Source: a virus. From it: a DNA stretch of 30,130 nt. The notes below the pieces were generated by a model. The model saw only the letters and a list, made by a program, of their open reading frames with translations. It was not told where the DNA came from and ran no database searches. A program made the position numbers and the translations under genes. The stretch lies in IMG/VR virus record IMGVR_UViG_3300027886_000012. One strand, written 5' to 3'. Below, piece after piece: positions 23,978 to 30,130 of this stretch; position 1 is the stretch's first letter, and every line of letters starts with the position of its first letter.

Positions 23978-24555
23978 AACTTCGTGTAAATATTCAAAGC
24001 TCTTATCTCATTATTTGGAACCACTGTTATCAGTATGAGACCAATTCTTTTCAGTGTTGGCGGACAGTGTTGATAATTCTGCGTGCATAGTAAGAATAAC
24101 AAAGATTTTCGTTTAACAACACGGGCTCCAGCTTTTAGTAATTTCATAAGAGAAGGTAATTCACATTGATAGTATTCTTTGGCAGTCTTTTCATTATATG
24201 GTGGGTCACATCTCCATCTTTTGAAACTGTTATCGTCTATATGTTCTAGAATTTGGGCATCTCCCAGTAATAGAGGACTGTTATTTGCTTCACTATCTAC
24301 AGTGAAAGCTCCGTCTTTAACAGTACCACTGCATACTTCTATTACATCAGAAGCTGGAAGTTTTCCGAATACCGCATCAATCATTTCCAGATATTTGTGT
24401 GGATAAGCGCCACCGCGTCTTCCCAAAAGACGAACATGACCGCTGATAAAATTATTAATTACATAGATGATACCAATTGCTGGCTCAGCTCTTATTACAT
24501 AATATTCAGTAATTGGTATTGGTGTCTTTTTAATAAAATCTAATACTTGCACCAA
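23974..24555 (-). CDS. N6-adenine/N4-cytosine DNA methyltransferase (orphan)
   Basis: GAYP, VIEVCSGT (motif I-like), GDA, DPPY; overlaps the dcm start by 4 nt. Confidence 0.8.
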   Translation of the reverse strand: MVQVLDFIKKTPIPITEYYVIRAEPAIGIIYVINNFISGHVRLLGRRGGAYPHKYLEMIDAVFGKLPASDVIEVCSGTVKDGAFTVDSEANNSPLLLGDAQILEHIDDNSFKRWRCDPPYNEKTAKEYYQCELPSLMKLLKAGARVVKRKSLLFLLCTQNYQHCPPTLKRIGLILITVVPNNEIRALNIYTKL

Positions 24556-24584
24556 ATAAAGAAAAAAGGGTTAGTATTTAGCTT

Positions 24585-25745
24585 TTACGGCTTTGGTAGT
24601 ATAGCTATTCCTGCATCAACTGCTACAGTTACGTTTGCACTTTGGTTCTGGTTTGCTGGTGCGAATATCGCTGTGCCATTTCCTACTGGTACACTGAATG
24701 TTTGATTAACTGTTGTTGGCCCACAGTCTTCATCAATTAGACCATCCAAGTCGTCATCTATGTCATTACCACATATTTCTACTGGTGGAGGTGGCGGAGG
24801 TGGACAGTTTTCATCTATCTGACCGTTTCCATTATCATCTATTCCGTTACCACATACTTCATTTGCTGGCGGTGGAATTGGAGCAGTTATCTCAAAGCTG
24901 TATTGCTTTGATTTAGCATCAGTGTAAATATCTGCTTTAATGTGTTTCTTTGTCATATCTAGTGTGAGAATCATAAAGCCGTTTACGCTATCATTTCCGA
25001 ACAATAGAGGATAAGTCTTGAATGAATTACCATCTATTTCATAGAGATTGCTTCCTTCGTCATGATGTCCTCTACCGCTTATAGTGTAATATACGCCGTC
25101 AATTTTGAAAACCTGTTCGTTGTGGTTATGTGCCTGCAGTACCATTGATACATTGTTCTTTGCAATTATTGGATGATATGTCTCAAAGAATCCATTAGCT
25201 CCATGTTCTGACCTTGCAGTTACAAAAGGCTGATGAATTATTACGAATTTATACATGGCTTTTGAGGTTTCAGCCCAAGTCTTGAATGCCTTGTATTGGT
25301 TTGAAGTTGTGCTTAAACTAGTATCTCCTTGAAGTAAGAATGCTTCTATCTTACCATTAAAGAATGATTTTACACCCCAACAGTTAGACATTTTCATAAA
25401 GTTCTTTGTTGTATCACATGAATCGTGATTTCCATCGGCAATTGCACTGTTATTAGCCTTAAAACCCCGTGCTGTTAAATCGTTAAGAACACATGAAGCG
25501 CCGTTATATGCATAGTCTCCAGGAACGAAAAACAATTGAATCAAAAATGATTTCATAGCGTTATACTGTGTAGTTTGTTTCGGTCTGTCAGTCTTACAAT
25601 CAATATCGCCGACTACGCCGATTACAACTTTCGATGGTACCTGCTGTGCATTAATATTTTGATTTTGTAGAGCGAAAGTACCTACTGATAAAATTAAAGT
25701 TACTGCCATGAATGTCGTTAAGAGAATCATTCTATCGTGATTCAT
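24585..25745 (-). CDS. Secreted/anchored calcineurin-like metallophosphoesterase with two C-terminal Asp/Cys metal-binding repeats
   Basis: N-terminal hydrophobic signal; GDID, PGDYAY, GNHD, HQP, AHNH; EVCGNGIDDNGNGQIDENC and EICGNDIDDDLDGLIDEDC with poly-Pro linkers. Confidence 0.85.
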   Translation of the reverse strand: MNHDRMILLTTFMAVTLILSVGTFALQNQNINAQQVPSKVVIGVVGDIDCKTDRPKQTTQYNAMKSFLIQLFFVPGDYAYNGASCVLNDLTARGFKANNSAIADGNHDSCDTTKNFMKMSNCWGVKSFFNGKIEAFLLQGDTSLSTTSNQYKAFKTWAETSKAMYKFVIIHQPFVTARSEHGANGFFETYHPIIAKNNVSMVLQAHNHNEQVFKIDGVYYTISGRGHHDEGSNLYEIDGNSFKTYPLLFGNDSVNGFMILTLDMTKKHIKADIYTDAKSKQYSFEITAPIPPPANEVCGNGIDDNGNGQIDENCPPPPPPPVEICGNDIDDDLDGLIDEDCGPTTVNQTFSVPVGNGTAIFAPANQNQSANVTVAVDAGIAILPKP

Positions 25746-25811
25746 TATATTATACTAAAATGTCCTCACTAAAAAAGTATAAGGTAAAATATCAGTAAGA
25801 ATGTTCTATAT

Positions 25812-27530
25812 ATGATGGCCACAACGCTTGACTATGAAGATAAAAACATTATTGGAAATGCTAGCTGGAAGGTATTACACGCATATTCAAAACAATACCC
25901 AGAGAATCCAGCTCAAGCGGATAAGAAAGAGTTCCATACACTATTGAAGTCAGTATTAAGAACAATACCAGACGATGATTGTAAATGTCGAACTCATGCC
26001 GTAAATTATATTCAAAAATACCCGCCAAAGATAGCCAATAGAGATGACTTGGTACAATGGGTCTGTTCATTTCATAATGACGTTAATAGAAGGTTAGGAA
26101 AACATGAATTTGACTGCAAGATTCTCTTTGAAAAGAAGCCGTGTAAGACATGTAAACCAACACAAGTAATTCAGGATAAAGACGCCCAGTTGAAAACCGT
26201 TATGGGTGATTATAAATCACTATCAATAAAAGTCTTCGAAGAAATATGTAAGAGGGAAGCTCTTCCTACGCCTACAATAGTTTTTGCGCCGTGTCCTACC
26301 GCCACTCATACATCATGTACAACTATGGTCGTAAATAAAAACACACAGGATGTTAACCTAAAACAAAAACCAGTAGTATACATCAATCCATCTAATTTTG
26401 GCTTACGCGTACTTGGTCACGAAGCATTCCATTATATCAAAAAAATGAAGAATGAAAATCATCTGGCCATCGACGAAGACGAAATTGAAAAGCTCACACA
26501 AGAGATTATTACAAAATATTTCCCTGCCGATACTTACGATAAAAACACGAAACAACTGATTCAACCAATGGTGATGAAAGATAGTCTACTAGTAGCAAAG
26601 CAAGAAAAGCCCACAGTTGAACCTATGCATAATTTCGAAAAGAGCTTTAACACCAAGAACTTTAGACGCAGATATAGAGAAGCAATTCCAGAAACATTTC
26701 CAATGTACAGCAAATTCAGACAAAAACATGGTAATAATATCGGCGATGAACCTGACGAAGAAGGCACTCATGATGATACAAGTGTTCCTAGAGGCGGAAT
26801 ACTATCTTATTTTGACGGAATATTCGAACCATTTGCAAAATTATTACACATCCCTGCGCGAGAAGTTAACATAGCAAATACACCTAACATATTTTCAGGT
26901 GGTGTAAATGTTTTCATAAATGGCAATATGAGTCCATTTGGTTCGGTAGTAACTACAACATTACTGGGTCTGGGTTTGTTTACAGCAATTGCAATTAACA
27001 AAGAAGGAATTGGTTTTGAAGACAGACGTCTGTTAACAGAATTGGGTGGATTATTCCTATGGTCAGGATTAGCACATGTAAATGATAAAACCGTACAACA
27101 AGATGCACGAACAGCGGGTAGTGCACTTGCAGTGATGGACTTTGATACTGTAAAACAATTGATGGGTAAACAAAGCATGGTGACTCAGGCAGAAGCTGGA
27201 ATACAAGCACGACAGCAACAAAGAAGTAGCATAGGTGCTGGTAGAAGCAGTGGAGGTACAGTAGGTGGTATTGGCCGTGCAGTTGCACAAAGACAGTTAG
27301 AAAAAGACGCTGGTGTGAGTACAAGACCAGAAGGTGGCGGAATATACAAAAACTTTGGCAGTGGCGCAGGTGTAGCAACACCAAGAAATAGTGGTACTGG
27401 TGGAGTAGGATTTAGTTATTCTCCAATAATTGATAACATTGGATTATCGCCAGAAGAAAAAGAATTGTTAGAGAGTCAGGGTTCACCCACTGAATCTCTG
27501 TATTACGGTGATGCAGAAGATTTAGTCTAA
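25812..27530 (+). CDS. Erv1/ALR FAD sulfhydryl oxidase domain + zincin (HExxH) domain + membrane/Gly-rich C-terminus
   Basis: GNASWKVLH, PDDDCKCRTH, WVCSFHNDVNRRLGKHEFDC; CKTC; VLGHEAFH; two hydrophobic segments; Gly-rich tail. Confidence 0.8.
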   Translation: MMATTLDYEDKNIIGNASWKVLHAYSKQYPENPAQADKKEFHTLLKSVLRTIPDDDCKCRTHAVNYIQKYPPKIANRDDLVQWVCSFHNDVNRRLGKHEFDCKILFEKKPCKTCKPTQVIQDKDAQLKTVMGDYKSLSIKVFEEICKREALPTPTIVFAPCPTATHTSCTTMVVNKNTQDVNLKQKPVVYINPSNFGLRVLGHEAFHYIKKMKNENHLAIDEDEIEKLTQEIITKYFPADTYDKNTKQLIQPMVMKDSLLVAKQEKPTVEPMHNFEKSFNTKNFRRRYREAIPETFPMYSKFRQKHGNNIGDEPDEEGTHDDTSVPRGGILSYFDGIFEPFAKLLHIPAREVNIANTPNIFSGGVNVFINGNMSPFGSVVTTTLLGLGLFTAIAINKEGIGFEDRRLLTELGGLFLWSGLAHVNDKTVQQDARTAGSALAVMDFDTVKQLMGKQSMVTQAEAGIQARQQQRSSIGAGRSSGGTVGGIGRAVAQRQLEKDAGVSTRPEGGGIYKNFGSGAGVATPRNSGTGGVGFSYSPIIDNIGLSPEEKELLESQGSPTESLYYGDAEDLV

Positions 27531-27937
27531 TAATCTCCTGTGGCACACTTTTGTATCTCGTAGTCGGCTAGGTGTTCGTCTCCATCATCATCTGGGAGTT
27601 CAAATCTATCTTTTAGACAATCTTGGACGTTTTCAGTTGTTCCGAGATATACAGTGGTTTCTTTAAAGTCAGACCAGTCATCTACAGAACCCGTTACTTC
27701 CATATGGTCTATTGCTTCTGCTAACTTACAGATTCCTACTGAATCATCATTTAGCATTTTTTTGAATTTCTTTTCAGATGGGTCGTTGTCTCCATGAGAT
27801 TCTGACCCCCACTTCTCTACACCTGTTATGTCTTCACATCTTTCTGCATTTGCAGTGTTACTATTACCTGCTACTAGTAATATACTAGTCATTAGTATAG
27901 ACAATGCAATTACCTTCATAGTTGATTTCATAAACAT
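27527..27937 (-). CDS. Secreted acidic protein with four Cys
   Basis: Signal peptide MKVIALSILMTSILLVAG...ANA; D/E-rich mature part. Confidence 0.75.
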   Translation of the reverse strand: MFMKSTMKVIALSILMTSILLVAGNSNTANAERCEDITGVEKWGSESHGDNDPSEKKFKKMLNDDSVGICKLAEAIDHMEVTGSVDDWSDFKETTVYLGTTENVQDCLKDRFELPDDDGDEHLADYEIQKCATGDY

Positions 27938-28097
27938 TAGTTTAAGAACTTAATCCATCTATTATAAATGTTAAGATTTACAACAAATCGATTATCTTTA
28001 TATAAATTTTATATTTCTGATATATCAAAAAATATGCTAATTTTATTAAGAGAGTCTTGGCGATATCTTTTTTAAGTAAGAATTTTAGATAATAAAT

Positions 28098-28442
28098 GTG
28101 AAAAGAAGGTCTACTAAGAACAAGAAAAAGGCTCAACCAGCTCCAATTCCACCACAGCAAGTAGATGAAGCAGATACTATGAGTTATCAAATAGGCTCAG
28201 TAATCAAAGACAAAAGACACAGAATTACTCATGTAAGAATTGGTAACAATATCTATGATACGCCGACATTATACAAACTACATAAAGACTCTGGATACAA
28301 ATTCTATACGAGTGATGACGGAGTAATCAAACGTGATGTTTTGAGAATTGAGAAGAAAAGTGGTAAATATCACTTTGCTACAGAAGCTGACTGGAAGAAA
28401 GAAAATAATCTAGATTATCTACCTACCGCACAGTTAGATTAA
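28098..28442 (+). CDS. Hypothetical basic protein, 114 aa
   Basis: GTG start; KRRSTKNKKK N-terminus. Confidence 0.6.
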   Translation: MKRRSTKNKKKAQPAPIPPQQVDEADTMSYQIGSVIKDKRHRITHVRIGNNIYDTPTLYKLHKDSGYKFYTSDDGVIKRDVLRIEKKSGKYHFATEADWKKENNLDYLPTAQLD

Positions 28443-29512
28443 TCTGAACGTACTTGTTCTTCAACCATACGTCGGCCGTCCTGTACTGCGAGTACTAGAA
28501 CATGATTTTTAGGTATTTCTAACTCAGTCTTTTGATGTTCTGGATGATGGATTACTACTTTATTGGCTATTACAGACCAGTAGTTTGTTCTGAAAGATAC
28601 AGTTGGGTCAACCTGATGAGTAGCTATCACACCCCTTGCGGCCAAACGATGTCTACCTAAATCTTCTAGGCTTAATTCTATAGAGTCTGAATCTGGATTC
28701 TGAATTTTATCAAATTCTTCCTTTTGAATTAGATGTGGGCTACTAAATCTACTCACGTTGTATGTATAATATGTAGCACTGTCTTTTTCAAGTGGAATCA
28801 TCTTGTACAGAATATCACCCTGTAATCTGCCGTAGAATCCATCATATTTACGATTGACCCAGTCAACAATATTTCTAAGACTTTCTTTCGAAGCATCGCC
28901 AACGAAGGTTTCAAGTGGATGAACAAAGTAAAATCCCTCATCATTGATTCCAGCAAGCGCGTATGTCGCGGTATAGCTTAATGATTGTCTTGTTCTACGA
29001 TTATCATCTATCTTATTCAAACGATTCTTTTTTACAAGTGCGTACATCCTACCCTCTATTTCTTGCACGTCAAGTACTTCCCACGGTTCTTTTCTCAATT
29101 CAACTGCTAACGCTTTTTGTGCTTCAGCCAAAGGGCCACTTACTTTAACACTGTTTACATCATCATGCAGAAATTCTGCGACTTCTTGTTGTGCTTCACC
29201 AGAAGTGTGAAGATGCATTTCATTAAAGATTTGTTTACCTGTCATTCCTTTTCTAAGTTTAAAATCATCCCATATCGGACTCATTCTATGTTGCGGACCA
29301 AATGCCCATCTAAATCCATATGGTTGTATTACCAATGGTATAAAGAAAGCTAATCCCGCTATCAGAAATACTAAAGATGTTCTACCGCCACCGAATTTAA
29401 GTACAAGAATAGCGAACATGAAACACAATGCCGAAAAGAACAGACCTGACCAAAACATCACACCTCTATCTTGTTCTCTACCGTTAATCCACGCACTCCA
29501 ATCATTTACCAT
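28439..29512 (-). CDS. Membrane protein (2 N-terminal TM helices) with soluble C-terminal domain
   Basis: Two hydrophobic helices at aa 18-62; QGD...HPEH motifs near the C-terminus. Confidence 0.75.
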   Translation of the reverse strand: MVNDWSAWINGREQDRGVMFWSGLFFSALCFMFAILVLKFGGGRTSLVFLIAGLAFFIPLVIQPYGFRWAFGPQHRMSPIWDDFKLRKGMTGKQIFNEMHLHTSGEAQQEVAEFLHDDVNSVKVSGPLAEAQKALAVELRKEPWEVLDVQEIEGRMYALVKKNRLNKIDDNRRTRQSLSYTATYALAGINDEGFYFVHPLETFVGDASKESLRNIVDWVNRKYDGFYGRLQGDILYKMIPLEKDSATYYTYNVSRFSSPHLIQKEEFDKIQNPDSDSIELSLEDLGRHRLAARGVIATHQVDPTVSFRTNYWSVIANKVVIHHPEHQKTELEIPKNHVLVLAVQDGRRMVEEQVRSD

Positions 29513-29572
29513 GGTTTAATTTACAATAAAGCGTATTATTAAACACATAGGAAAAGTGTAATAGAACAATAT

Positions 29573-30130
29573 TCACGGAATATCAGCACCTGAATTGTAC
29601 AGCTCTGCCAGCTCTTCATATTTTCTAGCATAATCGTCTACACTAAATTTATTCTCTGGTTTTAGTTCAGAATAAGAATCAAAGTGTTCTACCGTGCGTT
29701 TGAGTGAATAATATCCGTCAATATAGATAGCGTCTTTATTTTCTATCCATAATTCTCGAGTACTTGGTGAATCTGTGATAATAAGTGGGGTTCCTACAGC
29801 GCAAGCAATTCCATTAAGCACTCCCCATCCTTCTATGTAGTTTGGGTAATCAAATGGTGAAAGAAACGCGGTTGCACCTCTTACTAATTCTCTGAGATAT
29901 TCATGATGTTGTGGATTTAGTGGAATATCTACAAATTGCAGATTGTTAAGACCAAGCCCCGCTCTTTTAGCTTCGATTAATGACCTCTGATGTTCTGCTA
30001 TTGTCGCGTTACCAGCAATGACTATTTTTTTATCTGGCAATTCTTTTGCCAGTCTGATTATCTTATCTATACCCTTATCCTTTGTGGGTCTGTGTAAAAA
30101 TAAGAAATATTCTTTTGGGCTTAGGTTATA
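29573..30130 (-). CDS. GT-B glycosyltransferase (family 4), C-terminal part; gene runs off the window
   Basis: Frame open to the window end (YFLFLHRPTKDKGIDKII...); EGWG and GTPLIITD motifs. Confidence 0.8.
   Translation of the reverse strand, partial: YNLSPKEYFLFLHRPTKDKGIDKIIRLAKELPDKKIVIAGNATIAEHQRSLIEAKRAGLGLNNLQFVDIPLNPQHHEYLRELVRGATAFLSPFDYPNYIEGWGVLNGIACAVGTPLIITDSPSTRELWIENKDAIYIDGYYSLKRTVEHFDSYSELKPENKFSVDDYARKYEELAELYNSGADIP

Larger units (their letters stand above)
1..30130. mobile_element. Segment of a probable archaeal virus genome (no structural hallmark gene in window)
   Basis: Archaeal-type PCNA, solo Cas4-like nuclease, orphan MTases, glycosyltransferases, Erv1 domain, many translationally coupled small ORFs, TATA-box promoters; no host housekeeping synteny. 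Plasmid or integrated element not excluded. Confidence 0.75.

Noticed and set aside
26561-27384. Several ORFs antisense to or overlapping the Erv1 fusion gene
   Set aside because: No motifs or translation signals; shadow frames.
27978-28190. 70-aa minus-strand ORF
   Set aside because: Spans an AT-rich divergent promoter region and is antisense to 28098..28442.
1-30130. tRNA, rRNA, integrase/att sites, capsid, terminase or polymerase genes
   Set aside because: None recognisable by eye; tRNAscan-SE and profile searches would be needed to exclude divergent ones.

Overview
AT-rich (roughly 35% GC by eye), densely coding 30 kb segment that reads as part of an archaeal virus genome. Support for this: archaeal-type PCNA, TATA/BRE promoters with short leaders, a solo Cas4-like nuclease, orphan DNA methyltransferases and dozens of tiny coupled ORFs. 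No capsid, terminase, portal, polymerase, integrase, tRNA/rRNA or CRISPR array is visible, so 'virus' is an inference, and a Nitrososphaeria-like host is only a guess. Layout: (1) 1-6.2 kb, leftward DNA-metabolism operon (AbrB/DUF2080-like protein, PCNA, a chain of zinc microproteins, Cas4-like nuclease, N-terminally truncated MCM-like AAA+ ATPase, multi-zinc-finger protein, SLOG protein); (2) 6.3-14.4 kb, an early-gene-like block of small ORFs, including a J-domain protein, transcribed outward from mirror-image twin promoters at 11.0/11.3 kb and bracketed by two inverted arrays of a GTGATAA(A)GT motif; (3) 15-21.9 kb, a large low-complexity protein and a sugar-modification cluster (cupin, NAD-dependent epimerase, GT-A and GT-B glycosyltransferases); (4) 21.9-24.6 kb, a Vsr/DUF559-like nuclease, a C5-cytosine MTase with an overprinted second ORF, and an amino-MTase; (5) 24.6-30.1 kb, a secreted metallophosphoesterase, an Erv1/ALR sulfhydryl oxidase-zincin-membrane fusion, secreted/membrane proteins and a partial GT4. 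Top candidates for new biology: a PIP-box-bearing overprinted MTase partner that could tether methylation (and Vsr-type repair) to the viral PCNA, and the Erv1(CxC)-protease fusion. All family calls come from motif recognition by eye, with no database search.
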